Assembly: GCA_000165425.1 (NCBI GenBank)
Contig: CT868085.1
Coordinates: 124,001 to 188,000, forward strand
Direction: 5' to 3'
Origin: Paramecium tetraurelia
Lineage: Eukaryota
DNA: 64,000 nt
A program made the position numbers and the translations under genes. The stretch's first letter is position 1; each line of letters opens with the position of its first letter. The notes below the pieces were generated by a model. That model did no database searches, was not told the DNA's origin, and worked only from the letters and a program-made list of their open reading frames with translations. This document shows, one piece after another, positions 1 to 13,838 of the stretch.

Positions 1-448
1 TATAATTTTATGTGCCAATTAAGATAAAATAAACATAATTATATTCTTTAAGATAATAAATAAAAATCATTATTCTAATCTAAGGATAAACTTATTAACA
101 CTCTGCAAATTTAATTTCTATCACTAATCCTAATCATCATTATCTGAATTTCATTTCTCACATTTAATTAATATTTTTGAGATAACTTAAGAGGAATACT
201 TACATCAAATTAATGAAGTTAAATGTTTAATAATCATATGTTTTAATTGTTAATTACTATTAAATAAGCTCTATTTAAGTGAATGATTATTATAAAGAAG
301 GATTTGCATATAAATAAAAGTGGTTCCGAATTATAATCTATAGCCAAAAAGATAAAATTTTAAGTATTTGATTAATCTCTTTTAAATTACCTCAAGTGCT
401 TTGTATTTTAAAATCATAAATTAAGATCACATAAATATAATTGACATA

Positions 449-625
449 TCAATTCATCACAATTTCTACTACTTTTTTATATTTGATTGCACAATTTTCC
501 ATGCATGGATAGAGAGTGTGATGAATATGAGATGTTTTAATCGCATCTCTATTCTTTAAACAACTCTTATAACAAAGAGAAAATCCTAATGTCTTTATTT
601 CATCATCATAGTGTTTATTATCCAT
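449..625 (-). CDS. 58-aa twin-CX3C protein, small Tim (Tim8/9/10/13-like) mitochondrial intermembrane-space chaperone candidate
   Basis: ATG..TGA ORF MDNKHYDDEIKTLGFSLCYKSCLKNRDAIKTSHIHHTLYPCMENCAIKYKKVVEIVMN; CYKSC and CMENC motifs. Confidence 0.65.
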   Translation of the reverse strand: MDNKHYDDEIKTLGFSLCYKSCLKNRDAIKTSHIHHTLYPCMENCAIKYKKVVEIVMN

Positions 626-649
626 GAATAATAATTAATTTTATAATAT

Positions 650-3600
650 TCACTTTAAACTGAATTAGCACAATTCGCAAAAGTGATTAGAAGAAGACTG
701 GATGATAGTACATTGAGGACACTAAATCTCTTCATCTAAACTCATTTAATTTAGTTTGTCTGTAGTTTGAGCATCAGCTGCTGTTTACGTTCTAAAATAT
801 ATGATGAAAATACTATTGCTAAGTTTATTGTTTTTAGTTGTTATTATTATTATTCTCACTGTTAAGAACTACGCTCAAATTGAAATCAAAATTTCCCCAA
901 TCCATCAAAGGAACGGTTTTCATGATAGTTGTTAAATATTATACACTATATGGAGGAACAATCTTACATACATAGGTAGGAAATCTAAATATTCATAGAC
1001 ACTTACAAGAAATTAATTTGGGAATCAGGATAAAAAATAATTCGAAATGTGACAAGGACAGTTTAATCAGTCTAATTGTTGATCATAAATCGTTTCAACA
1101 ATTGATCGACTTGCATTTATAAATTGCATTCTACATTTTATTATTCTTATTTGTTATCCTGTTCATATTATTGAAATACTTATCTTTATCTTAGAACATT
1201 CTAATTTTAATATGAATTGTTGTTGCTCTATAATTCATTGATAAAGTCATCATTGACTTATTGTTATTCATTATATCCAATTTCATTTGAACAGATATTT
1301 TCATTCCTTTCTTGTAAAATGTTTGCTGGTCTTTAAATACTCTATTAAAAACCTTAATTCTACTAGAAACATTCATCACTATTTAAGATAAAAAATATAT
1401 TGGAGGAGGGCTCAATCTTAGAAGATTAAATAAAAATGTTATCTTTAAGTATTGCCTATGGAAATGCTTTGTTACTAAAGCGATTAGGATTTGATTTTAT
1501 AAAATAAACCAAAGACTCATGGGTTTCCAAGTATACATTATTTACTTGTGTTTCTCTTTAAACTGATCCAGTTTCCAATATGTTGCCTATTATGTAATTT
1601 TGTTGCATAGGATCATATAATCGAAGTTGAGTCATGTGATTGAAATTGGTTTTGAAAATCTCCCATAATTTAACAGTTTACTCAAGTTCTTATTCTCTAT
1701 TGAAGAATATTTGATCTGTCATTGCTGGATATTTGATGCAATCCTGTTTAAATTCATTTAGAAATGTTTCAAACCAATCTGTATATTTAGCATATAGATA
1801 ACTGGGAGGAGGTAAATAGATAATATATGAAAAAACTGCTTTATTTTAATTCATTACGTTTAACAGCATTCTCATCATTTAAATTGCCATATTTAGAAAT
1901 ACTTGACGATTGGAAAATAACTGATTTAATATTGACATAGTTTCATTTTGACATCCAATTTGTGTTAAATAAGTAATACATTATTATGATAAATTAATTG
2001 AGCATCCAGTTTAAAAATTATCTGAGTAACATGGTTGGGGATATCCTAATATCCATTAAATACGATCTTGTTACATATTGTCTTCTATGTTTAATATACT
2101 TTCTACCAATTTTAAAAATGGTCCCACATTCTCATAGTTTGCATTTTGAATTTCCTCTAAAAGAATCTCAATTATTCCTCGAGATAATGTTAAATTATTA
2201 AACACGACTTTTAGTATGATTGATTATAAAGTATCAAAGTCTTAACATTCTTTTAATGCTTTCTTATAAAAATTAATGGATTCTATACAAATTCTGTCGT
2301 TTTTAGTTAATTGATAATTTTCATTTTACAGAAGATAGTTTATACATTAGAACAATGGACTATAAAATGGAACAACATTCAAATTAGCAATTGGAATTTT
2401 CTAATCGTATAAAAATTCATAACATTAGTTGTTTTCTAAACCTCTGGGAGATTGTTTCTCCATGAAGAAATCAGCCAATATTGATACTAATTCTATCTAA
2501 TTAGCAAAGAATACATAAATCTGATTGGATTAAATAAATAGTTTCCAAAAGTTGAAATATTAAGCAAACTTTGATGCATTCTTTGCAACATCATTTTATA
2601 ACTTTTATAAGAGATTGACAAGGAAATGAACAATCGATCGCTCAAATTAGTCCTCAGAATTATCCTAGTCGAATTGAAAAAGTAGTGAAGTATTTAGCAT
2701 AAAAGCGTGAATGTATGTTATCACATTTATGTAATGAAGCAGTATTTATTAGATTGCTTAGCGAACTTAATAATTCGGAGCACATAATAAAACTTCAAAG
2801 ACTCTATTCTATCTCTAAATGATTATCTATTAAAATATTTAAATTATTCTAGATGGAATTATGTTTATAAGATTAATTATGACTAGTACGTAATCTTTTA
2901 TTGATCCATGATCAGACGATCTGCTTAACAATTCTATTGCAATATACGTTAGATTCTATAAGAGATCGGCTACCTACTCACCATTCTAAACTTATTAATA
3001 ATTGCTATAGATCCCATAATATTCTGGTAATTGATCAGCATTCGTAATTAACTAATACTAAGGAGGAAATGGATATGCCTCTGCTATCTCCTTGACAAAT
3101 CTAAAGAATTCATCTGAATAAATGTGTCTCTCCATCATAAATTTATGATTATCATATTAAATCTCTCCATACAAAGCTTCTGATATAAATTACTTAGCCA
3201 TTGTTTAATAATTCATTTTAACAACCAAATTCGAGTTTTGTTCCAGTTCACACTCAAACTTTGACATGATCTCCTACTTTTATTTTAAATTACTAAACTT
3301 GAGTTCGATTGTCTCCTTCTATGTTCTTTCATAAACCAAAATATAGGCATTAGTGCTACCCATAGGTTAAAATCCTTATCTAATTTCACTCTATTTCCCT
3401 CCAAAGCATTCATATGACAATAGATTGATATCGAATTCTTCAATCACTGAATCATTAAATTTTAACCATTTATCATCCATCGTATTTATTAAACTATAAT
3501 AGTGGCCACATTCAGCAGTGCCCTGGTGAACAACTACTCCTTTTAACTTATATTAATAATAGGAATCTTGTTTGAATTCTAAATCTGACAAAGCCTCTCT

Positions 3601-6600
3601 CGTATATTTCGAAAGATTCAACACATGTGGAAATTCTAGGTGAGAACTCAGTTTCTCATTCATATATAAATCCAAATTGAATACTATTCTTTATAAGTGC
3701 ACAATCAAAACATTTGGTAATTTGGATAGGCATTACCTTTTAATTAAATCATTCTTCTATTGACATTGCTCACATTTATAATCTTTAATCACTTCCCCTT
3801 AAATCATACTTTCAAAGGATTCATAGAGGGACTTAACATCCTTGACTTTCAAAGACAAAGTGTAGAATAAATCAAACTTTTCTCTTTTTGTCTAACACCC
3901 ATTACAAATCATTTAACTACATAGATATCCTCCATAGATGGCCTCGATGAACTACTACCAACCTTTTTCCTTCAATTAATTGTCAAGACGATCAAAAAAT
4001 TGATTCAAAAACTCTTAAGCGTCCTATTACATTGAAACATTGAGTGGTTAATTTTAGTTATCCTTATAGGATAAGCAAAATTAATAAGGATTAAAATCAG
4101 CCCTATCACTTAAATCTAAAGAAGCCAACATCTTTTAAAACTAATGAAAAGGGTTATCGTCTATTTAATTAAAAAACCCTTGATTATCTTTGTGCTGGAT
4201 GATTTTTTCATCCACTCCATCTTCAGCCCTCAACATACAGTATCTAAACTCAGGAGTCATAAAAAATTATTGCATCATTGCATTCATGAAGCATATACAA
4301 CCCAAATTTCTGATACCCACAAATCCATGACTGCTTTTTGGCATAATTTTTATTTCGAATCCCTCATATAATCCAATCTACTTTAACACTGTTTATAAAT
4401 CAATAAGCTCTAAATTAAAATTCTATTTTAAATGTTGTACGATCAGACGATAGACAATCTTTCTGCTTTCCGGTGATTTGCTCTTTACATAATTTTAAGA
4501 AATTTGCTTATCAGATTTCAATTGAAATTGAATCAATTTCAAGTAAAATAAATGTACTGCATATAAATACCTTATCAACTAAGTTGTTAGAATAGAGGAG
4601 TCTACAATACACAAACTTTCTAATATCGAAAGTAACCCTATATAAGTTTTATCAGTTGAAAAAGTTACTCTGGATTCATTTGGTTCATAGTCGTACAATT
4701 TTAAGATTATGGTATTAGCCAATTCTTTATCACTATGTTTTTCTTCCAATATTAATTTGGCCAATAGATCAAAGTAACATTGAGAGTCCTTGTTCTCTAA
4801 CGATGGAAATATATCCTTTAACATTTGAATTAAACTCTTATTTAAGATTGTTTTTTAACATCTGTATATTAGATATAATGAATTAATAGTGAATTTTCTA
4901 ATCAGCAACTATTTTGGAGCAAACAGCAATTATTTGTATCTCTACTTAATTTAGTTGATCTCTTGGATAAAGAAATTTGTGCAATTATCTAAATTAAATC
5001 CAATTAGAGTGGTAATTAGTACAAGTATATATTCAATGAGTTATCTGTCTTCATTGATATCGAGAGGTGTGTTAATCAAATACTTCAATAAATTTGCGTA
5101 ATCTAATTTAATATCCAAATCTGATATTTACTTAACTAGTTCTAAGAATTCTTCACTCTCTTTCACTTTCTACTAGGCCTTATTATCTTACACTTAACAT
5201 TTACCTTATAGTAATTAACCTATGAGATCTAAGGATACTGACATTGGCTATTTAACATGTTGTTGAATCTCAAAGATCTTATTATACTTAGATCGAAATT
5301 AGGCTGCAATGTATTTGGTAAAGATATTGAGAATTGTAAGTTAACCTAGTTTTCTAATAACACCCTCTTGATTTTGTAAATTATTCAATATAAATTATAA
5401 CTACATAAAGCCTTACTTTATTATAAAATGTCGACAATATTCCTGATTCTAAAGAAGGTACTCAATAATTTTTAAGGAATATATTAATTAATAAGAGGTG
5501 TCTTATGAGAGATCTTCAAAATTAAGGATTCTCTCTTTAGCAGCCCCAAAAATAGGTAAAGAACACAATAGTTTCCAGCATTCTTAAGCCACTTTATTAG
5601 TGCCTGCCATAAAAATACGAGTTTATTAATAAAACTATTAATTTTAAGCCAAATAATGACGAGGTAATTTAGTTTGATCGAATCGAATATCATCTGCATT
5701 CATCAGAGAGAGATCATTCCTATATCCAAATGCATATAAATTCTACCAGACAACTTATGAATTCTACTACTATAAACAACAATCCTAAAAGAATGCAATC
5801 AAATTATTCAATGTAAGATATTCTCCCTAACTACTATATTTAACAAAGATTTCATAGATCTTTTCATCCTACTTAATGCTCTCATTCTTTGAAGCTTTGA
5901 ATCCAAACTAAGCAAATTGATCTAAGCTCATCCTTTCATTCGTAGAATACTAATTGAAGAGATCCATTATGACTTTCAAAAACAAAGGTGATAATTTTGT
6001 ATCTTCAATTAGAGGTACTTTCGGTATTGGTTTAGTGTTTCTTCTGCATACTTTAATGAAATCGCTCTTTTTAATAGATAGTTATTTGAGTGTTTTTCCA
6101 TTATCTGTCTCTTGGATGACAATGCCATTTCTAAACAACTTAATTTACTCCCAACTGGTTTTAATTTCTTTAGCAATTAGTTTTCGTAATTCAAATATTG
6201 TTAAACTTTAATGGACAGTTATGGTTACATTGTTAGATTATTGTGCATTATCTATATCACTATTGATGTTTATTTTAAATGATTCTCCCTTTATTAGCCC
6301 ATCCAAAGACAACAATTTGCCTATACCTAATTTTTCTGTTTCATTCAATAATTCTCTTAATATATCAAAACATCTGAGAATTATTTGTTCATCTTAAGTG
6401 TTCATTTTGTCAAGGATTTATTTTATAAATTATTCCTATTATGACAAATTCAATTTAACTAACAATTTTATGGCTGAATCTAATGAGGAATTGAGAACAA
6501 TATGCCACAAATATTATATGCCTAGAATTTCCTTTACATCTACCATTATTTAAAAATCCATCTGTTCATCTTTTTCTTGATTGTTCGCATTCGTTGTGCT

Positions 6601-9236
6601 CTACAAATTGCCATGGTCATCACAAATTTAATTTAATATTAGGGATTACCTTTGTATTCTATAATCTTTTTAATTTACATAATAGAGGATCAATTTAAAA
6701 CATTTGAAAGCATTTTCATTAAGATGAGAATCTGATCTGAGCAATCTGTGATAGAAATCATTGAGTTGTATAGAGCTGAAACATTCATCTTTTTCAATCA
6801 AATCACGCAACCAAAAGCTGACTATCTCACTTTCTAATTTGCAAACAGGTTTTAAAATATGTTTATTCCAAATTAAATCTAAAAATTATTAATCAATCAT
6901 ATCAGCAGCAGTTCCATAAATCATAATTAAAGTTTGAATTAAAATAAGTCTTTCTTATAATTTATTGATATAAAGAGTAGTTTCATTGGGATCATCAGCA
7001 TTGATACCAAGATTTTAACTATATAAATTATCAATGCTTTCTCGTAATGTATGATGAACCTATTATTATTGAATCAATCCTTTAATAAATTCCTCATCTA
7101 AATCTTATTCTTATTTTTAATCTGCAAAATTATTGTTCGATTCTTGAAGAGGATTTTTTGCTTCAGCTGGCTGATATCTATACTTACCCTGTTGTAGTTT
7201 TTAATAAGGTAGAAATGTGCAAATGATTTATTAGAGTACTTTTAAGGAAGAACTTTCAACCTTTTATTATTTGATGTTAGTAATCAACTTTTGGATCATT
7301 TATCGTTTGATGTCTTTATCATTGAGAAATTGTATTAATTCAATAAAGTGTGTTCTTGATTGATCCTCTAATACTGTTTTGCCTTATTATCCAACATACT
7401 CAATGATATCCCATAAAATCTCAATTACTTAACTAAAAAGATGTTGTTAATTGATTCTATTTTTATTCATTTTGCAAAGTAATTGGACATGTTCAATCAA
7501 AATAAGATCTTTACTTAATTGTTTGATTTATTCAAGAAAGTATTGAGCCTAATAATCAGACATAAAAGTAGCAATATCATTAAATAGTTTAAAAATGATG
7601 GATCTTACTTCTTTATCATTGGATTACATGAGATCCCAAACAATTGACAAATATTTCAGCTTAAATGCACCATCTATAGTTAAATAGATTTTGATCAGAT
7701 CTTTAGTTCTTTCCAATAATTGCAAATGAGTACTATGATGAAATAGAGACTCAAAAATTCCTTGTCTTTCTATCCATTCTAAAATGAACTCTGGAGATTT
7801 ATCTTGATCTGCCTATTTTAATAGGTCTGTCAATAATTTAAGCCCTATTATTTTTTTATCCAAAAATTTGCCATTAAAACAAATTACAGCAAATTCTAGT
7901 CCCAGACTTTGCAACCATTCCTTTCTTTAATCCTCTGTCATTATCCTATCTAATAGTGATCTATATGCTTAAATGATCAAATTAATTTTCTCTCTGCCCA
8001 TATTACGAAAGGATTACTCATCAGAATGAAGAATTGCCTATTTTAATGCTTATAATTTAGGAACGTATTCTTAACAAAAATATCGATACAATTAACCATT
8101 TATATTACCCAATCCATGCATATAATTGGCCAATATGTCAACTGATTACACAGCTAGGATTTGCTCAAAACCTCCAAGAGATCCAAAATAATTTATTAAT
8201 CTAATTAAAAGCAAGCTCTATGAATATCTAGGTCTTAAGATGGCATAGAACTTTTTGGTTTTATAATCTTCTTCATAAAGTATGTCATATGAGTCATCAA
8301 TAAAGAATTCATTTGAATTATTTTTTCTGGGTATATGATCCCCACATAATGCTAATCTAGGATTACAAGCAGTTAATTGTTCATCGTGATAGCTGCTTTA
8401 CCCTTTGTAATTCTTCTCATTCTCTTTGCTTTCATCTAAAATAGATTAAAAGTGGAATCTAATAGTATAAGTTATAACATTTTCAAGATGTGAAGTCTCA
8501 ATTCTATTAAGAATAGTACTTAAAACCCACTTGTCATTTTGAGTTGCTAAAACTGCCTGTTTCTCTTACAAATTAAACATGGAATCCAAGCGTTGTGAAC
8601 GTGATTAATAGGGCATCAAATACCCACTCTTGATGTTAAAGATTTATTAGTTTTGCTACTCGTTTAAGAATCTTACAATCACAAGATCTTCCTATATTTT
8701 CTCTACTATTGCTCTATTCCAATTCAATCGACTTGTAGTTTAACAACTGCGAATGCAATCTACATAGGTGCCTTCTTTGAGATTGTCAACGAACTATTTG
8801 TATTCATTATTTTTGGTATAGGAATATGTAGTAAACTATTGTTAAATTAGAAGATTCTTACTTAATCATGCCAATTAGTTGATAGATCCTTATTTTAATA
8901 GATAATACTATTCGGATCCATTATTTTACAAAATATTATACTAATCTTCTCATCAAAAATGTTTTTATTGATGTACAAAAGCACAGACTTTATAAACTTC
9001 TCCACCATTATTAGAATCTAATCTGGGTAGTGCATGTGATTCATGATGTGACTAATACTCATGCTCACTAATTCGGGGACATATTGGCCAACCTCGTTTG
9101 TTCTGCTCTCATTCATATATTACTGCACACCTTACAAAGCTTATACAATTGGTTCATATTATTAGTAGGTTTAAATGTTCTATATTTTCTCTATTTCAGA
9201 AAGTAAAAGCTTCATATTTTATAATTCTCTACTCAT
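650..9236 (-). CDS. Large ubiquitin carboxyl-terminal hydrolase (peptidase C19, USP9X/USP24/USP34-like), ~2850 aa, with ubiquitin-like segment and C-terminal C4 zinc finger
   Basis: Ciliate-code translation: Cys box GIRNLGCICFMNAMMQQ (~4270-4320), His box GVVVHQGTAECGHYYS (~3495-3540), UBL-like TITVHQSLTIFELRKLIAKEI (~6165-6230); 22-nt intron 792-813; span minus intron is a multiple of 3; not every internal codon was checked. Confidence 0.92.
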
Positions 9237-9300
9237 TTTATTTTTATTAATATATAACACACATATAACATGAACTCAATGTTTAAATAGTAATTAAAAA

Positions 9301-10382
9301 TCAGAACAATTGTTTAAGGTACTCATACATCATATAGACTAACCCAGAATGCATCGTAACCTTAGCAATTCTAGGCTGATATCCCTTAAACAATCCCTTC
9401 AAACCTTCCTCATTATAAATGTGCTACAAAATCTCCATTGTTGCCATCTATCCACTCTAACCCAAATCGCTTCTTGTACTAACTTGCTTTCTTGTTTTCA
9501 CTACATCCAAAGGAAGTGTCATTGTAGCAGTCACACTGCTGGCCATCATTGCTGAAAGCAGATTCACTGCATTTGGCAAATCGTGTAAAACCTTTCCTAA
9601 TTCTATTTTCAAATTTTCTAGAAGACTCCAATAGATGCACGAAAATAAAATATCTCTTTGAATGGTTATTAGATATGCTGAGTGTAGTTGAGTACCTAAT
9701 TGAATGTTCTTTAGCTTCGAATATCCCACTGTGGATGACTGTAATACTTTCCAATATTCCAAGGGAAATGTGACTAAAAATATACTTCAAATATCTTACT
9801 TGTTGTTGTCAATGCTCTACTGAATGAGCTGGCCAATAAGGGAACCACCAATCGACTTGAAGGCAATTCCAATTATTATAAGAATTTCCTTGTTCTTTCG
9901 TAAAACATGAAGTAGCATACATTTGATGCTCCTGCTTATAATACTGCATATCTCCATCCGTTGAAGAATGTCGATGCTCCTTCATGTGCGTAGATGTGTT
10001 AAAAGGCCTAAACCAGAGAGTTTGTGGTAATGCAAGTACAATTCTAATAAATTTTAATTAAGGGGTTTGTGGCCTAAGATTTTCCGATAACATTAATCAT
10101 TCTATGCGGTCTCCATAATTTCAACGATTTTGAGAGCATCCCATAATGATTTAATTAATGCCTTGTTGATTGTCCTGTTAATGCTATCTCATGAATATAT
10201 TTAAATTTTGGTTTGCTTCTCAGGGGATTGCGTTGATGTTAATGTTCATGGCAATGCATCTTGTCTACCTGCAATCTTATTTTCAACACTTCAAAAGGAT
10301 TACTTATGATTGTGCTAATCACGCTAGCCAATCCAGAAGAAACTATGATTGTTGTTGAACTTAAATGATCACCTTATTTCAT
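9301..10382 (-). CDS. Mitochondrial carrier, SLC25A39/40 (Mtm1)-like
   Basis: Three carrier signatures PFEVLKIRLQ, PLEYWKVLQ, PLDVVKTRKQ; ends GYQPRIAKVTMHSGLVYMMYEYLKQLF; one 26-nt intron; long first matrix loop. Confidence 0.85.
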
Positions 10383-11526
10383 TAAATAAATATTATTTTT
10401 TATTATGCCATATTATTAATGATATTTAAATTAGATTCATTATAAAATTATTAAGATTCTTTCTTTTTTTACTAATATAAATAGTTTGACATAATTCTAA
10501 TTCTTTTTTAACAATAATTATATTTATCATTCAAAATACTTAATTAACAAAACTTTTAATAAAGGAATTACAAATCTGCTAATATATAAAAATATATTTG
10601 TGTCTTTTTTAAAATTGTTTCAGTTTTCGAAATTGATCATCAAAATGAATTACTACGTTGAAAGATTTAAGATTAGTTCAAAAAGGAGATCATATAATTA
10701 ATAATTAAGACCAAGCATGTTATAAATCAATATTATTGTAAAACATCTTAACCTTAAGTCCTTTTTGTTCATGTATATACAATTTGAAAAATCATAAGAG
10801 AATATTTGAGTTATAACCTCATTTAGAATATTTATTGTATTATTTAAAATCTATTTGCTAAATAGCAGTTAATTAAAATCCAAATATTAATTAATAAAAT
10901 TAGCATTTTCTAATTAATGTAATTGTGTGTTTTGAATTATTTTCGCAATCTTACTAAACTTGAAATTTTTTCTATTTCTTTCTAAAAATTTATTGAAATA
11001 AATTAGATAATTTCTTGCTTTGCTGATTAAATAATTGTTTAATTTCACTATTATTGAATGCTATTATTAGTTCAGAGTATGTTGGAGTTCTTTTGATTCA
11101 ATATTGAATAGTAAGATGATTTTAGTTACAACGACAACCTGATGTTAATCTATTCAAGTACAAATATATATCTTCATATTATTTTGAAAGCCCTAAAAAA
11201 TTTAATAATTCTTAAAATTATTTATTTGATTAAAAAAAATTAAATAAGCTCATTATTAATTAATTTTTATGTTAGATCTAAAAAGCATTTCCATCAAAAT
11301 TTTGATATGAAAAAATGTTATTTGTGTAATAACTATAAATGAGTATATTTATCATATTATTTAATAGAAGAAATAAAATAGGATATTAAATTATTTAGAC
11401 AGAATAATTTAATAATCATAGATTAAATTGTAAAGAAGTAATTGATTTTAGACATTATAATATTAGATTAATTAGTATATATTTTAATAGTATAAGGTTA
11501 TTGTAAAGCTTATTTTTTAATATTAA

Positions 11527-12051
11527 TCATTGCATATAATAATATATTTTAGGTTTACCTTAATGATTTATTATAATAACTTTTGACATGCTATTTTTTT
11601 TGAGCTTTCTTTATGATGTGAAATGCATTTTATTTACAATGTTGTTATCACACAATTATTTGCAATTAATAGTTTGTTTATTAGAAGTTCTTCTCATTTG
11701 AATCTCTTCAATTGTGTTCATCTCCCAATCATCAAGGGTCTGCATATATTTAGTTTATGATGTTAATCTTTTGCAATCTAAATAGGTCCTATTCTTCTGA
11801 AATCCAGTTGTAACCCTGCTATAAGGTCGTTCGTCATGTGTTTTTGGTATGATAGAGGAGATTTTCATGGCTGATTCATTTGTAGTGAAAGACTGACCTG
11901 TGCTGAGTGTAGCTTTTGAGGGGAAAAGTGGTGATAATTTTGGCTATGAGCTGCTGCTGATTTTGCTTGCTCGAAAAATGTTTTCAGATGAGGAAGTCTT
12001 GTTCTGAGGAGTATAAAGTTCTGATATTAATCTATAGTGTTTTACTTGCAT
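11527..12051 (-). CDS. Hypothetical Ser-rich protein, 174 aa
   Basis: Continuous ciliate-code ORF MQVKHYRLISELYTPQ...GKPKIYYYMQ-TGA. Confidence 0.65.
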
Positions 12052-12110
12052 TTTAATTTTTATATATAAATTTTAAACATATAAAACATAATTAATTTAA
12101 TCATATTCAA

Positions 12111-12902
12111 ATGTCACAATACGGTAAAGCTGAATACTGGGAAGAACGATACACAAGGTATGACAATTGTTATGAGAATTTAGAGATCCCGAGCCATTTG
12201 ATTGGTATCAAAGATTTGCAGGCATCAAGGATCTTGTTTAAGCCTGTTTCACTCCTGAAAGTAAGCTACTTAATGTTGGAGCAGGGAATTCAAGTATAGA
12301 ATTGTTGTAGAGTGATTTTAGGGTTGAGTGAAGAGATGTTCGATGAAGGTTATTAGAACATTACAAACATCGATATTTCTCATGTTGTAACAAAAGCAAT
12401 GTAAGAGAAGTACAAGGATAAAGGGCCAAATTTCAAATGTAGGAATTTGATTAAATGTAGATCTACATATGGATGCCAGAGCTATGGAATTTGAAGATGG
12501 ATCATTCGATGGAGCAATTGACAAAGGAACTATTGATGCCATATTAGTAAGACATATAATTTACATAAGTGCGGAGAGTCATCATCATCTAATGCGTAGA
12601 AAGTTATTCAAGAAGTTCACAGAGTATTAGGACCAAAAGGTGTCTATTTTGCAATTTCTTATGGTCTCCCTGAACACAGACTTTAATACTTAGAAAAGCC
12701 AGAATATGATTGGTATGATTAGATTATTAACATTAAATTAGGAATGTAATAGTTAAATAGGTTCATAAACCAACAATTTCAACCTCAATCGCAATTACTA
12801 ATGAGGATAAAGATGCCCCTAATGTTCATTATATCTATATATGCACTAAAGTATGTTGAAATAGTTATGTTTTAGGGATAATAAAAAGGAGCTAAGCAAT
12901 GA
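12111..12902 (+). CDS. Class I SAM-dependent methyltransferase (EEF1AKMT4/METTL13 N-terminal-like)
   Basis: YGKAEYWEERY, PFDWY, LNVGAGNS, DKGTIDA motifs; six introns of 22-29 nt give 213 codons. Confidence 0.92.
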
Positions 12903-12962
12903 ATTGAATTTGAATTATATATATATATAATCATTTAGGAATAAATTGTGTTATAAAATATA

Positions 12963-13718
12963 TCATATTTGCAAGAATTATAAACATTTTTCATAATATT
13001 TTAGCAGTTCCTACATATCTTCATAGTCTTGTTGCTATTTGTCTGGATTGCTGCTAAAGATGGTATACCAAGGATCTCCGGAGTCGAGATCTGATATAGT
13101 CATCTTAAGGTCGTCAGAGGCAAGTTACAAGGAGCATAGAACTAGTATTTTTGGTTCATAGTAGAGACAAGCATTGGTGAAGAAGAGATCATTTAAACAG
13201 TTTTATGCAGCCTCATGTAATTTAGAGAGTTCTCCGTGTTAAACTGTAATTTTTAATTTTGCTTCTACAAAATAGACTTAGGGCACTATGATATTGAGAT
13301 CATATCCTATCATTTATAGTATGTGCGATTCGGCGTCCACTATCTTCTCTATCAGGACAGATTGCAAATCATCACCTTCTTTAGATTTACAGTGTACGAT
13401 AAAGCATTTAACATATCTATCTATTTCAATTGTATGATCGAACATATCGTTATCTTTGGCTGATAGATACAGCGATGCTAACATGTAGATGTGACGATTG
13501 AATTTCTTTAGAGAAACTGAATGGGCGAATCTATGGAATATGGACAAGGCTTTTTAAAAGTAATAATTGAATGTTGGGTGATTGCCATTTTGCAATAGGG
13601 TTTCAAGTTTCTAGGAGAAATCATAGACTTCCTTGTACAATTTGACTTAATTTTCCAATTGGATGCCGTCCTTTTAAGATTAAGATTACAGCCAAGAATT
13701 GTATGAGAATAATTTCAT
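12963..13718 (-). CDS. Cyclin, transcription-associated type (cyclin C/H/K/L/T-like)
   Basis: Cyclin box ALSIFHRF...LASLYLSAK...AESHILQMIGYDL...P; intronless, 251 aa. Confidence 0.8.
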
Positions 13719-13838
13719 GAATTAATTATTTAAATTCTTATGTCTTTAAATGATTTTAGTCACATAATCAGGTAGCTTTTGGGTTTTCTTTTGATTTTAT
13801 GTCTTATATACTTGGGAATTCTATAATTAATTAAAGTT

